Source of the DNA: a bacterium | GTDB lineage: Bacteria; AUK180 | DNA: 64,000 bases | Reading direction: 5' to 3' | Assembly: GCA_023144005.1 (NCBI GenBank) | Contig: JAGLGN010000006.1 | Coordinates: forward strand, 148,440-212,439 | In this document: positions 48,190 through 59,048 of the stretch, one piece after another | How the letters are laid out: every line of letters starts with the position of its first letter | Numbering within the stretch: the stretch's first letter is position 1 | Notes under the pieces: generated by a model | Told to the model about the DNA's origin: nothing | Seen by the model: the letters and a program-made list of their open reading frames with translations, nothing else | The model's database searches: none | Translations under genes and position numbers: made by a program

Positions 48190-48558
48190 TTATCCACCGG
48201 GAGTACTGAGAAGATCCCAAAGAACGAAAACCGCCGAGATAGAGACCCCCACAAGAAGCACATTAGTGGTTTCTGCTTTGGAGAGGGGATAAGTAGGATC
48301 ACTTGTGGCAAAGATCATATACCACTTGTACGCCAGAAGCGAATAGGTAAGCGTCAGCGGGAGAGAGGAAAGAAAAATAATGAGCGATCTTTTAAAGGAC
48401 GATTCCTTCTTCGTATCCAATGTTAATTGGAGATCCGGGCCTTCCGGTGCGCTCAGTTGGAACGAGCGGAAAGCCGTACTCGTGGGAAGACAGTCCGGCA
48501 CTGAATGTGAGATCATTATAAAGAGAAGTATAAGAAAAATCGTTCTTTTACCTGCCAT
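48190..48558 (-). CDS. Hypothetical small exported/membrane protein
   Basis: 122 aa with an N-terminal signal-like segment and a C-terminal TM. Lies between lgt and rluD on the same strand. Confidence 0.35.
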   Translation of the reverse strand: MAGKRTIFLILLFIMISHSVPDCLPTSTAFRSFQLSAPEGPDLQLTLDTKKESSFKRSLIIFLSSLPLTLTYSLLAYKWYMIFATSDPTYPLSKAETTNVLLVGVSISAVFVLWDLLSTPGG

Positions 48559-49291
48559 ATTTTCTTAAGATATAATATACACCGGACATGACCGGAACAA
48601 AAATGATGATTATAAGCTGGGAGAAGGTCAGGCCCCAGATAAAGAGATGCTGGTAGTCTCCGCGGAAAAACTCCAGGATGAATCTCAAAATACCGTAAAT
48701 GATAAGATAGATAATAAAATTTTCACCTTTGAATTTCCGCTTGGGAAAGACAATGAGAAGGATGGCAAAGATAATGAACTCACCCATTGATTCAAAGAGT
48801 TGTGTTGGAATATGCCAGCCGGGAATGGTCATGAACCTTGTCGCGAAAAATGAGGTCTCACATATTTCCTTTCCATAACAGCAGCCGTTGAGCAGACACC
48901 CTTGCCGGCCGACCGCATGGCCGAAAGCCAAGCCGGTCACAAAGATATCCGCAAGGTCCCAAAGGTGAAGCTTCTTGTGGATCGCATACGGAATACCGAA
49001 GGCCAGAGCGCCTATAAAACCCCCGAGAAAAACAAACCCAGAGCGGGAAAATATATAATCCATCGGTGAAGACAGAAAGTCCTTCCAATTGAGAATGATA
49101 TAAAAGAGCCGGGCGCCGAGAATCGCGGCAATGACCAGCATTATTCCAAGATCAAAGACCTTATTTCCGTCGATACCGGCAGAAAAGGCAAGCCTTTGCG
49201 CTATCAGAAGGCCGACCAATACTCCCGTGGCGACCATAAGGCCGTAATAAGAAATTACAAAATTACCTATGCTGAATATTTCAGGATGCAT
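48548..49291 (-). CDS. lgt: Prolipoprotein diacylglyceryl transferase
   Basis: Start corrected to MHPEIFSIGNF. Carries the Lgt signature region GARLFYI. Confidence 0.85.
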   Translation of the reverse strand: MHPEIFSIGNFVISYYGLMVATGVLVGLLIAQRLAFSAGIDGNKVFDLGIMLVIAAILGARLFYIILNWKDFLSSPMDYIFSRSGFVFLGGFIGALAFGIPYAIHKKLHLWDLADIFVTGLAFGHAVGRQGCLLNGCCYGKEICETSFFATRFMTIPGWHIPTQLFESMGEFIIFAILLIVFPKRKFKGENFIIYLIIYGILRFILEFFRGDYQHLFIWGLTFSQLIIIIFVPVMSGVYYILRKYGR

Positions 49292-49814
49292 TTTTTCTAC
49301 CTGTGAACTGCATGAGGATGTAAAGCCCGATGCCGACATCTATACAGATGTCCGCGACATTGAAGGTCGGCCATTGACGGTTCTTAATATAGAGAAGAAG
49401 GAAGTCAAAGACCGCGCCGTTTATCATTCTATCAATAATATTTCCGAGGCCGCCGCCGAATATAAGAGCAAAGGCCCATAACTCGCCCTTAAGAAATTCA
49501 TTATAGTGACGGAAAACATAGTACCCCAGAAAAAGGATGCCGACAAGCATTGCTCCCAGTTTTATCCACAGGGGCATGCGAGAAAATAATCCAAAAAGAA
49601 GGCCGTGGTTCTCAACATATACGATCCTGAAAAACCCGGGGATCACCGTGATGCTCCCGAACGGGTCACTCAAAATGTACTTTACTAAATACTTTACCCC
49701 GAGATCAAGGGCAAAGACGATCGCGGTAATGGAAAAGAAGAGATGCTTCTTCAAGAGATCAGACCTTACCTTCTTTTTCCAGTTTTTCCCGGCAGGAAAC
49801 ACAGTATTCCGCAT
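49281..49814 (-). CDS. lspA: Lipoprotein signal peptidase II
   Basis: 177 aa with NxGxxFG-like and FNVAD motifs. The annotated 5' end overlaps the dksA-like gene by 56 nt, so the true start may be internal. Confidence 0.8.
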   Translation of the reverse strand: MRNTVFPAGKNWKKKVRSDLLKKHLFFSITAIVFALDLGVKYLVKYILSDPFGSITVIPGFFRIVYVENHGLLFGLFSRMPLWIKLGAMLVGILFLGYYVFRHYNEFLKGELWAFALIFGGGLGNIIDRMINGAVFDFLLLYIKNRQWPTFNVADICIDVGIGLYILMQFTGRKNAS

Positions 49815-50124
49815 AGGGTTTTGAATTTAACCGGCCTTTTTCTATCTCTTTTCCGCATCCGCTGCAAACGCCGTAATTTCCGTTCTCGACCCTGTCAATG
49901 GCATTATCCACCAATTCAAGTATAGATTGGTCAACATTGATAATATTGTACGATTTTGCTTTTTCAAACTCGTCCCCAGCCATAAGACTGGGATCATCCG
50001 GATAATGAGAGGTGCTGTCACTCGGGGTGATCACATCCTCATTCAAACCGTCAAGAGCATTTTCAATACTTCTTTTCAATTCAATGAGTATTCTCTTATA
50101 GCTTTCAAGTTCCTTGCTTTTCAT
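49759..50124 (-). CDS. DksA/TraR-family C4 zinc-finger protein
   Basis: 121 aa with a coiled-coil N-terminus and a C-terminal CSGCGKEI...CVSC motif. Confidence 0.75.
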   Translation of the reverse strand: MKSKELESYKRILIELKRSIENALDGLNEDVITPSDSTSHYPDDPSLMAGDEFEKAKSYNIINVDQSILELVDNAIDRVENGNYGVCSGCGKEIEKGRLNSKPYAEYCVSCREKLEKEGKV

Positions 50125-52842
50125 CTATCCCTCCTCATTCCATCTATCGATCTGTTCTTCGCAGCGGCGGCAGATGCCCTCCGCAGACAATTCGGTATTA
50201 TAACTCCAGCAACGGGAACATTTCTCTCCCGGCGCCTTACTAATATCTATCTTATATGTTTCGGACATCTTCATGTCTTTTTCAAGAATAACCTCTGAAA
50301 CTATGAAGAACTCCCTTAGGTCGAAATTATTCAATATCTCTTCAAATTTATCATTATTGAAGGAGAGCGTAAGAGAGGCGTCCAAGGAGAGCCCGATCTC
50401 TTTATTTGCCCTCAGATCCTCCATGATCTTCTGGACCTTTTCCCGCAATTCGAACATTATATCCAATTCTCGGTCCCACTCCGCCCACTCTGCCGGAATA
50501 TCATCCCATCTCTCAAGAAAAACCGATTCCTTTTCGGAGAAGAGGTATTTAAATACTTCTTCCGCCGTGAAGGAGAGAACGGGAGACATTCGCTGGACAA
50601 GGAGTTTCACCATATTAAAGAGAACGGTCTGCGCGGAACGCCGCTCCTTTGATCTCGAGGGAGATGTATAGAGACGTGATTTTATCATATCGAAATACTG
50701 CGCGCTCAATGTTACAGTAGAGAATTCTGTCAGCAGATGGTAGATCTTATGGAACTCGAATCTTTCATAGGCGGAATCCAGTTTATTGATCAGGATGTAC
50801 AGCTGATTCAATGCCCATCGGTCAAGCGTCAGCAATTCTGAATATTCGATCTGATCCTTCTGCGGATCGAAATCTTCAATGTTCATTAAAGAAAAGCGCA
50901 ATTTATTTCTGATATTCTTATAGGTATCAACGGTTTGCTTCAAAACATTATGTGAGAATCGGAAATCCTCCGTATAATCGATGCTGGATACCCATAATCT
51001 CAATATTTCGGCACCGTACTGTTTTATCACATCCAGGGGAGATATAACATTTCCGCGTGATTTGGACATAGGCCGGCCGTTCGCGTCAAGGGAAAATCCA
51101 TGTGTCAGAACCTTCTTATAAGGAGGAGAGCCGGTTATTCCGGCAGCGGGCCACATGCTGGACTGGAACCATCCGCGGTATTGATCGGTACCTTCCAAAT
51201 ACATATCTACGGGAACATCTTCACCCATTTTTTTCTTGACAACGGCATACCACGATACTCCGGAGTCAAACCAGACATCCAGGATATTGGATCCTTTTTT
51301 TAGCTTGGCAGAACCACAGGAAGGGCATTTGATATTTCCCGGTTCAAGGTCTTTAAGTTCTTTTGAAAACCATATATCTGTGGAATCTTTTCTTATCTGC
51401 TCAACAAGTGTATCGGTAAAATCAGCGTCGATGAATTCTTCCTCACATTCTTCACAAACAAGAGAAGGAATGGGAACTCCCCAACTGCGCTGGCGCGATA
51501 TACACCAATCAACACGATTCTCTATCATATTTACAAAACGGGTCTCGCCCCATTTGGGAACCCATTGAGTATCCTTAGAAAATCTCAATACGGATGATTT
51601 CAATTTTTCATTCATCGTATCAATGAACCATTGAGGGGTCGCCCTGAAGATCAGTGGTTTGTGACAGCGCCAGCAATGCGGATATGAATGGCTGAACTCT
51701 GCGTATTTCACAAGCAGTCCTTTTTCTTTAAGTTTCTCTACTATAAGAGGATTTGCCTTGAATATATGCATTCCCTCGAACATCTTGAACTCATCGGTGA
51801 ACCTGCCCTTGTCATCGACGGGGGCGAAGATATCAAGGCCGTATTTCTTGCCCACCTGAAAATCATCCGCACCGTGGCCGGGAGCGGTATGCACACAGCC
51901 CGTCCCCTGCTCCAGAGTAACATGATCGCCCAGTACAACAGGACACTCCTTATCTAAAAGAGGGTGGGAATATTTCAACCCTTCCAGTTGATTTCCCTTT
52001 TCTTCTGAAATCACTTCATATTCTGAAATTTCCATTTCTTCCATGGCTTTTGACAGAAGATCTCTGGCTATGATCCAAGTCTCATCCCCGACTTTCACCC
52101 TGGTATAAACAAATTTCGGATGTACCGTGACGGCAAGATTCGCGGGAAGCGTCCACGGTGTTGTGGTCCAGATGACCAAGGAAGTGTTCTCTTCTGACAG
52201 GAGGGGCATTTTCACATAAATGCTGGGAGATGTGTGGTCTTCAAATTCCACCTCTGCTTCAGCAAGGGCGGTCTGACATGAAAAACACCAGTGAATCGGC
52301 TTGCTCCCTTTATAAATATACCCTTTTCGGTACATCTTATTGAAGGCCTCTAAGATATCCGCTTCATAATCATGATCCATTGTGAAATAGGGATCTTCCC
52401 AATCTCCGAGGATACCAAGGGATTTGAATTCCTCTTTTTGTATCTCAATGAATTTGGCGGCATAATCCCGGCACTTTTTTCTGAAAACCGTTACATCGTC
52501 ACCCTTATAATCGCCCTTGACCTTGAGCTCAATAGGCAGGCCGTGGCAATCCCAGCCCGGGACATACGGAGAATGATGCCCCTTCGCCCAATAATATTTA
52601 ACTACAAAATCCTTCAATATCTTATTCAGGGCATGGCCGATATGAAGATGACCGTTAGCATACGGAGGGCCGTCATGCAGTATCTTCTTATCTCCATCCT
52701 TGTTTCTGCCGATGATCTTCCCATAGATGTCGTTCGTGTTCCAGAATTCAACTAACTTGGGCTCTTTCTCCGAAAGATTGGCCCTCATGGAAAAATCGGT
52801 CTTCAACAGATTTAAAAACTCTTTATTGTCTTTAGCGGACAT
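50125..52842 (-). CDS. ileS: Isoleucyl-tRNA synthetase
   Basis: 905 aa with HIGH (PPYANGHLHIGHALN), KMSKS and a C-terminal Zn-binding Cys motif. Confidence 0.95.
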   Translation of the reverse strand: MSAKDNKEFLNLLKTDFSMRANLSEKEPKLVEFWNTNDIYGKIIGRNKDGDKKILHDGPPYANGHLHIGHALNKILKDFVVKYYWAKGHHSPYVPGWDCHGLPIELKVKGDYKGDDVTVFRKKCRDYAAKFIEIQKEEFKSLGILGDWEDPYFTMDHDYEADILEAFNKMYRKGYIYKGSKPIHWCFSCQTALAEAEVEFEDHTSPSIYVKMPLLSEENTSLVIWTTTPWTLPANLAVTVHPKFVYTRVKVGDETWIIARDLLSKAMEEMEISEYEVISEEKGNQLEGLKYSHPLLDKECPVVLGDHVTLEQGTGCVHTAPGHGADDFQVGKKYGLDIFAPVDDKGRFTDEFKMFEGMHIFKANPLIVEKLKEKGLLVKYAEFSHSYPHCWRCHKPLIFRATPQWFIDTMNEKLKSSVLRFSKDTQWVPKWGETRFVNMIENRVDWCISRQRSWGVPIPSLVCEECEEEFIDADFTDTLVEQIRKDSTDIWFSKELKDLEPGNIKCPSCGSAKLKKGSNILDVWFDSGVSWYAVVKKKMGEDVPVDMYLEGTDQYRGWFQSSMWPAAGITGSPPYKKVLTHGFSLDANGRPMSKSRGNVISPLDVIKQYGAEILRLWVSSIDYTEDFRFSHNVLKQTVDTYKNIRNKLRFSLMNIEDFDPQKDQIEYSELLTLDRWALNQLYILINKLDSAYERFEFHKIYHLLTEFSTVTLSAQYFDMIKSRLYTSPSRSKERRSAQTVLFNMVKLLVQRMSPVLSFTAEEVFKYLFSEKESVFLERWDDIPAEWAEWDRELDIMFELREKVQKIMEDLRANKEIGLSLDASLTLSFNNDKFEEILNNFDLREFFIVSEVILEKDMKMSETYKIDISKAPGEKCSRCWSYNTELSAEGICRRCEEQIDRWNEEG

Positions 52843-52960
52843 TTTCTACTCCTGCAAATGAATCGTGTATTTTATCATAATAATTCTACATGTCAAAATT
52901 TTGTATAGGAAGGATGGATGGATGTGTTGAATTCCTACACTAACTGTGGTAAAATCTCAC

Positions 52961-53986
52961 ATGAAAGGAAAGATCCTGCTTCTTACGATATTCCTCTTAT
53001 TCGCCACAAGCAACGCGTCCGCGCAAACGGTGACCATCAAAGCCGTCGGTGATATTATGATGGGGACCAAGTATCCCACCCCTAATCTGCCTCCCGATGA
53101 CGGAAGGGGGTTATTTCTGAATGTCGAGGACACGCTTAAAGGCAGCGACCTGCTGCTCGGAAATCTCGAAGGGGTCTTCTCTGTTTACAATAAGAGCGAG
53201 AAAAATGTAGGCACAGGGAAGTATTACGCCTTCAATATGCCGATATATTATGCGCAATACCTTAAGGACGCGGGATTTGATGTCCTTAATATAGCCAATA
53301 ATCATTCTCGGGATTTCGGCGAGAACGGGCTTTCCGACACGATCTTCACACTGCAGCTCAACGACCTCAAATACACAGGACTCAGGGACACCTTGACAGT
53401 TGTTGATAGAAATGGATTAAAGATCGGCATAATGGGATTCTATTGGAATGATTATTTCAATTCAATACTGGACCTTGAAAGTACGATGCGCAGAGTATCC
53501 GAGAACCGCAACAAGGTTGATATTCTTATCGTGACCTTTCACGGCGGAGCGGAGGGAACGGCTGCGGCGCATACATCCGATAAGATGGAATATATGGGGA
53601 AAACCCCGCGGGGAAATGTCGTCGCCTTCGCAAGGAGCGCTGTAGAGGCCGGAGCGGACCTCGTATTGGGGCATGGGCCGCATCTTCCCCGGGCAATGGA
53701 GATCTACGGCGGAAGGCTGATCGCCTATTCTCTTGGTAATTTCTGCACCTACGGGAGTTTCAGCATGAAGGCTACATTGAAATACTCCCTGATACTAGAA
53801 ATTGAGATGGATGAGCACGGATTCTTCAGATCCGGCAGGATACATCCAATTATTCTGCTAGATCGTGGCATCCCCCATCATGACCCCGAAAAAACTACCA
53901 TCGGGTTGATACAAGAGCTTACAAAAACAGATTTTCCCGACACGCCTCTTCATATAAGCGATAAAGGGGAAATTTCCATCAAATAA
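52961..53986 (+). CDS. CapA/PGA_cap-family metallophosphatase-like capsule biosynthesis protein (secreted)
   Basis: Start at MKGKILLLTIFLL (signal peptide), then VGDIMMG and NIANNHSRDFG. Confidence 0.7.
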   Translation: MKGKILLLTIFLLFATSNASAQTVTIKAVGDIMMGTKYPTPNLPPDDGRGLFLNVEDTLKGSDLLLGNLEGVFSVYNKSEKNVGTGKYYAFNMPIYYAQYLKDAGFDVLNIANNHSRDFGENGLSDTIFTLQLNDLKYTGLRDTLTVVDRNGLKIGIMGFYWNDYFNSILDLESTMRRVSENRNKVDILIVTFHGGAEGTAAAHTSDKMEYMGKTPRGNVVAFARSAVEAGADLVLGHGPHLPRAMEIYGGRLIAYSLGNFCTYGSFSMKATLKYSLILEIEMDEHGFFRSGRIHPIILLDRGIPHHDPEKTTIGLIQELTKTDFPDTPLHISDKGEISIK

Positions 53987-54012
53987 CACATTAATGTGAA
54001 GGAGTTATCGAT

Positions 54013-55140
54013 ATGTCAAAAGTCGCGCTGGTAAAATGTGATTCCTATGATTCGAAGAATGTATTCGAGGCGGTCAAAAGAGCCGTGATGCTGCTGGGTG
54101 GGCCGGAAGAACTTGTTAGCGGAAAAAAGATCCTGCTCAAGCCCAATCTTCTTTCGGCAAAAGACCCTGAAAAGGCCGTCACCACGAATCCCGCTGTTTT
54201 CGAAGCAGTGATCAAGGTATTCGCAAATGACAATAAGGAACTCTTTTACGGAGATTCCCCAGGATTCGGATCCCCGAAAAAGGTTGCTCAGAAGACGGGA
54301 ATATTTGATATCGGAGAAAAGTACGGATTGAAAATGGGGGATTTCACCACCGGTAAAACCGTGAGTTTCCCCGAGGGGCGGACCTGTAAGAATTTCGAGA
54401 TCGCCGCGGCCGCTTTGGAAGCTGATTCCGTGATCAATATATGCAAGATGAAAACACATCAGCTGACAAAAATAACCGGAGCCGTGAAAAATTCACTTGG
54501 GTTGGTCTATGGCCTTAATAAGGCCGGATTTCACGCAAAATACCCCGACGCATTATCTTTTTCGCGAATGCTCATCGACTTAAATCTTCTTTTAAGGCCC
54601 GCGCTTCATATAATGGACGGTGTTATAGCGATGGAGGGCAATGGCCCCGGAGCAGGAGACCCCCGGCATATGGGTGTTATCATCGCCTCGAAGGATCCGG
54701 TGGCGGTGGACAGTTTATTCTGCAAGCTCATTGATCTTGACCCGGAATATGTACCGACCAATGTCTTCGGACAGAGCGATGGGTTGGGATTCATGGATGA
54801 TCTTGAAATACTGGGAGATGATCCGGAAGAGTTCATCAAGAAAGATTTTAATGTAGTTAAGCGGCCGGTGAAAAGCGAGAGCTTCTCGAAATTAAATTTT
54901 TTAAAGCAGTTGATATTAAGAAAACCGTATATCGAAGCGCAGAAATGCGTTAAATGCGGCATATGTATAGAGGCATGCCCCATTGACCCCAAAGCGCTCT
55001 CTTATAAGAAGGGAAAGGATAACCCGCCGGTATATGACTACGGCAAATGCATCAGATGCTATTGCTGTCAGGAGATGTGCCCGCAGAAAGCGATCGATGT
55101 AAAAACTCCGCTTTTCGGAAAATGGTTCGTTTATAAATAA
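54013..55140 (+). CDS. DUF362-domain protein with C-terminal 2x[4Fe-4S] ferredoxin domain
   Basis: 375 aa with C-terminal CVKCGICIEACP and CIRCYCCQEMCP. Confidence 0.65.
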   Translation: MSKVALVKCDSYDSKNVFEAVKRAVMLLGGPEELVSGKKILLKPNLLSAKDPEKAVTTNPAVFEAVIKVFANDNKELFYGDSPGFGSPKKVAQKTGIFDIGEKYGLKMGDFTTGKTVSFPEGRTCKNFEIAAAALEADSVINICKMKTHQLTKITGAVKNSLGLVYGLNKAGFHAKYPDALSFSRMLIDLNLLLRPALHIMDGVIAMEGNGPGAGDPRHMGVIIASKDPVAVDSLFCKLIDLDPEYVPTNVFGQSDGLGFMDDLEILGDDPEEFIKKDFNVVKRPVKSESFSKLNFLKQLILRKPYIEAQKCVKCGICIEACPIDPKALSYKKGKDNPPVYDYGKCIRCYCCQEMCPQKAIDVKTPLFGKWFVYK

Positions 55141-55178
55141 GCAAAATGCCGGAACGGCAAAGATCCATTCCAAAGAGA

Positions 55179-58100
55179 TCAGTCGTCGCCCAATGTTATT
55201 TCAAAGTCTTTTAGAAATTGATCCAGGTTATTCTTCTCGACCTCTGTGGCATCGGCTTTCAGGGATTTGAATATTTCAATACCACTATTACCCTCTGACC
55301 GGTAAAGGTACAGGCCATAGGTCATCCGCGTCATGAACGCATCCTCATTTCTTTCATATTTCCAACTTATTGAGTAGGCCCGTTTTACCAGATCGGCAGC
55401 TTCCGGCAACCTGCCGTTCATGATCAGATATTGGGCGTATGCGCTCATATGGTACATTGCATTGAATTCAAGGGAGAATTTTTCCGCATTTTCAATAGCC
55501 TTAACGAAAGTCATCTCAGCCTCTTCTTTTCGGCCTAAGCGATGATATGCTTCTGCGATATTTCCAAGAGTATAGCACAGACCCTCTGGGTCTTCCAGTT
55601 TTTTTACCAGTATCAATTTCTTCTTATATGTCTCGATCGCCTTGAGATAGTCATTTTTCATCGCATACATCGTACCGATATTCCCGATCGCCTTCATCAG
55701 GATCCTGACATTCCCGATCTCAAGAGCGCTGTCTCTTGTTCTTTCATAGGTTTTCAGGGCTTTGTCATAGTCCTTTTGATGAAAATATACACCGCCAAGG
55801 TTCAAAGACATGACGGAAATATTCTTCTGATCGCCGACCTGAAGCGCCAGCTCCAGTGCTTTCTCAAAATGTTCCTCCGCCAAAGACATATTTCCCCTCG
55901 TATAATGAATGGTACCGATATTCCCCAGGGCAATGCTCTCGGCATCGATCGCCTGCGCTGAACGGGAGATCTCCAATGCTTTCTTGTACTGGGCCATGGC
56001 TCTGCTGATCTTACCTTCCTTGAGAAGGATCAATCCGTTATTGACGCATAAGGCGCTTCGCTCTGTCTTCCTGCGCTTACGGGAAAGCTGAGGAATAATC
56101 GCCAAGGCATTTTTCATTGCCTGCCTGGCAGCGGGGAAGTTCAGAAGATAATATTCTATCAAACCCGTGATCCGGTATGAGGAAATAAGCTTTTTATAAT
56201 CTTTTGCTTTCAGAAAATATGCCCTTGCCTGCGCAATTTCTTTTAGCGATTCATCATATTCGCCGAGACGCATAAGTACCCTGCCAAGTATGAAACGTGC
56301 AGCATTGATCTGCTTTTTCTCTCTCGAACGCAATGCGGTCAGGAGGGTCTGCCGACATATCGGAAGTGACTTGCGCCACATTCCCGCGGCGACCATTGTC
56401 GTAAGGTATCTGATCTCCAATTCAAGGGATCGTCTTTTTCCTTTTTCAATTTTCTGCAGCATACTTATCATTTCCAATGCTTCAACATTTCTAAAATTGC
56501 GCGTCAGGTAAGCGATCGCTTTCGGCAGAAGTTCCTTGCTCTTTGAAATATTTCCGCTCAAAAAGCAATGGCGCGCCATTTCGGGAAGATAAGCATTCTC
56601 AAGACCGAATAAACGGAACAAGGCATTGGCGGTCTTGCGGTGCAGTGACTTTCTTTCATCGCCTAATTGAAGAGAATACGCACTTTCTCTGAGCATGCCG
56701 GAAACAAAACCTATTTCATCCGTCTCGTGGTTCAATGTCCAGATCCCCGCCGTCTCGCCTTCCGCGACTATCGCAGAAATATTTTCTGATCTTCCGGATA
56801 TTTCTCTTAAAAGTCCGACGCTGAATGTGGGGCCCAGTATGGACGCTATTTTCACAAGCCGGTTCAATTTTAAAGGCAATGAATCGATGCGGGAAATAAG
56901 CAGATGCGTCAGGTCATTGGGCAGATCTTTCAGATCGGTTTTTAAAAATATCATGTCCCCCCGCTTCTCCATCAGGGAATTTTCCTTTATAAAGGTTGCC
57001 AATTGCTTTGCGAAAAGCGGATTACCCCTGCTCTTTTTTAGGATCATCTCTACCATCGGCATTGACAGCTCACCTTCGATTATCTGAGAGACCAGGCCGC
57101 GAAGCTCGTCTTTGGAAAAAGGCGAAAGTTCTATTTCTTCATATAGCTCTTCGCGCAAAGCATCAAAATCCGTCCCATCCCTCGATGCCATAATAAGGGC
57201 AAATTTCTCATTTTGCATATTTACCGTAAGATTATTGGCCAGAGCGCGGGATTCTTCGGAATACCAGCTGACATCTTCACATATCAATACCATCCCTTCG
57301 CTTTGTGATATGATCTTACAGAATGTCTTTATGGCCATTCCGATCGCTTTGTGGCGCATTTCAGGAGAAAGTCCTGAAACGGATCTTCCGCCGTCGCCAA
57401 GCGCCAGAAAGTACTCTAAGAACCCCTGAAGATGGGGAAATTCTTCCCATAGAGGATTATCTCGGGTCTTCTCTCTCAATGTTGAAAAATAAGAATTGAA
57501 TAATTCAAGCCTTCCTTCGGGGCTATTCTCCATTCTGATCCCGACAAAGCTCTTTATCGCCTCAGAAAAGGGGACCAGGCCTTCTGCTCCCATTTCATTT
57601 CCCCTTATCACAAGATGCCTGTAACCGCTATCCGTTACAGCTTTCATCCAAAGTGTTGTCTTTCCGATACCTGCAGGGCCGGAAATAAAAAAGGGCGAAT
57701 AAAACCCCTTTGCCGTTGAAATGAAGATATACTTCTGCAGTTCTTTTAATTCCGATTGCCTGCCGAAAAATAGGGCATCGGATACAGTGGTAATCACATT
57801 CCCTCTCAGCCGCATCAATTTTGAGATATGATATTTCCCTTCTTTTCCTTTGAAATCAGCGATTTTATAATATTTTGTGTCGAATATGGGGTCAAAGTGT
57901 TTCAAGGCGGACTGTGGAAGTAGTATATTACCCTTGGACAAGGACATTATCCGCGCTGAAAGGTTAGCTGTATCTCCCAAGACCGTATATGCCGAGCGGC
58001 GGGCGCTTCCCACAAAGCCGCAGAACGCCAGCCCGGAAGCGAGGCCGATGGCAACACCGAAATCTTTCGAGGCCTTCAGCGCCATTGTTCCCGCATTCAC

Positions 58101-58922
58101 GACATCCTGTTCATATGCGGAGGGAGCGCCGAACACAGCAAGAATATGCGGACCCTTATCATTAAAGAACAATCCGTTGAAATAGCCGCCGTAACGCTGT
58201 ATCAGCTCCTTTATACTTCGCGCGGTATCAAAGATCGAATCGATCGGAGCCTCGGAAGAAAGGCCGATAAATGCGGTGATCACATGACGGAACTCTCCCT
58301 TGACCCTCATTGTCATGATCTTGGACGGGATGAAGATCCGCTGCGCTTCATAGGGCGGGGAAGAGATCTTGTTTTTTTGATGTGGCATCTCGCGTTTTAT
58401 GCCTGCTGCGCTCTTATGAATACGGTACTCGCCGGGAGGGCATTCCGCCTGAAGTTCACAGGCCCTGAGTATGGCATCTCCGAAAAAAGAATATGACGGA
58501 TTATCCTTGCCGCCGAAGATTCTCCATTTCACCGTACCGGCGGCCGCACCCTGTTTTATCTTCAATAAAAAACTCTGGCTTTCAAAGGACTGCTCTTTGC
58601 TTTTTATCATTTCCTTATTTATGCTCTTGCAGAGCTCTGGCAGATCCGCTTTGCACGGAAGGGGGAAGATCGCGGTGAACGCGTCGCCGGCAAATTCGGA
58701 AACGAATCCACCCTGATCATACACCACCTTCATTAATTTTGTAAAAACACGGTTTATAACCTGAGAAAGGAATTCCGCGCCAGTGCGGCCTTGCTTTAGC
58801 AGGGCCTCTGTCATTGATGTAAATCCTGAAATATCCGCGAATATTACCGCCGCATCAAGTTCTCCTTCGGCATTATCTCTTTTGTACTGATCTAGTATGA
58901 AGCGGGGTATTAATTTTCTCAT
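55179..58922 (-). CDS. STAND-type signalling protein: tandem class-III nucleotidyl cyclase homology domains + AAA/NB-ARC ATPase + TPR repeats
   Basis: 1247 aa. Cyclase motifs are AVIFADISGFT and FAGDAF, with a second cyclase-like domain around residues 200-370. Walker A is FISGPAGIGKTTL. The C-terminal 500 aa are TPR-like. Confidence 0.75.
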   Translation of the reverse strand: MRKLIPRFILDQYKRDNAEGELDAAVIFADISGFTSMTEALLKQGRTGAEFLSQVINRVFTKLMKVVYDQGGFVSEFAGDAFTAIFPLPCKADLPELCKSINKEMIKSKEQSFESQSFLLKIKQGAAAGTVKWRIFGGKDNPSYSFFGDAILRACELQAECPPGEYRIHKSAAGIKREMPHQKNKISSPPYEAQRIFIPSKIMTMRVKGEFRHVITAFIGLSSEAPIDSIFDTARSIKELIQRYGGYFNGLFFNDKGPHILAVFGAPSAYEQDVVNAGTMALKASKDFGVAIGLASGLAFCGFVGSARRSAYTVLGDTANLSARIMSLSKGNILLPQSALKHFDPIFDTKYYKIADFKGKEGKYHISKLMRLRGNVITTVSDALFFGRQSELKELQKYIFISTAKGFYSPFFISGPAGIGKTTLWMKAVTDSGYRHLVIRGNEMGAEGLVPFSEAIKSFVGIRMENSPEGRLELFNSYFSTLREKTRDNPLWEEFPHLQGFLEYFLALGDGGRSVSGLSPEMRHKAIGMAIKTFCKIISQSEGMVLICEDVSWYSEESRALANNLTVNMQNEKFALIMASRDGTDFDALREELYEEIELSPFSKDELRGLVSQIIEGELSMPMVEMILKKSRGNPLFAKQLATFIKENSLMEKRGDMIFLKTDLKDLPNDLTHLLISRIDSLPLKLNRLVKIASILGPTFSVGLLREISGRSENISAIVAEGETAGIWTLNHETDEIGFVSGMLRESAYSLQLGDERKSLHRKTANALFRLFGLENAYLPEMARHCFLSGNISKSKELLPKAIAYLTRNFRNVEALEMISMLQKIEKGKRRSLELEIRYLTTMVAAGMWRKSLPICRQTLLTALRSREKKQINAARFILGRVLMRLGEYDESLKEIAQARAYFLKAKDYKKLISSYRITGLIEYYLLNFPAARQAMKNALAIIPQLSRKRRKTERSALCVNNGLILLKEGKISRAMAQYKKALEISRSAQAIDAESIALGNIGTIHYTRGNMSLAEEHFEKALELALQVGDQKNISVMSLNLGGVYFHQKDYDKALKTYERTRDSALEIGNVRILMKAIGNIGTMYAMKNDYLKAIETYKKKLILVKKLEDPEGLCYTLGNIAEAYHRLGRKEEAEMTFVKAIENAEKFSLEFNAMYHMSAYAQYLIMNGRLPEAADLVKRAYSISWKYERNEDAFMTRMTYGLYLYRSEGNSGIEIFKSLKADATEVEKNNLDQFLKDFEITLGDD

Positions 58923-59048
58923 CTGCTTCTCATTTCATCCACAATTAGAATATACCGCTTTTTTGCCGAATTTGCAAAATATGATGACCGTACAACCCTA
59001 GTGTACTGTAAATGCTTGAAATAATCGCAGTAATCATTATAATAAAGG

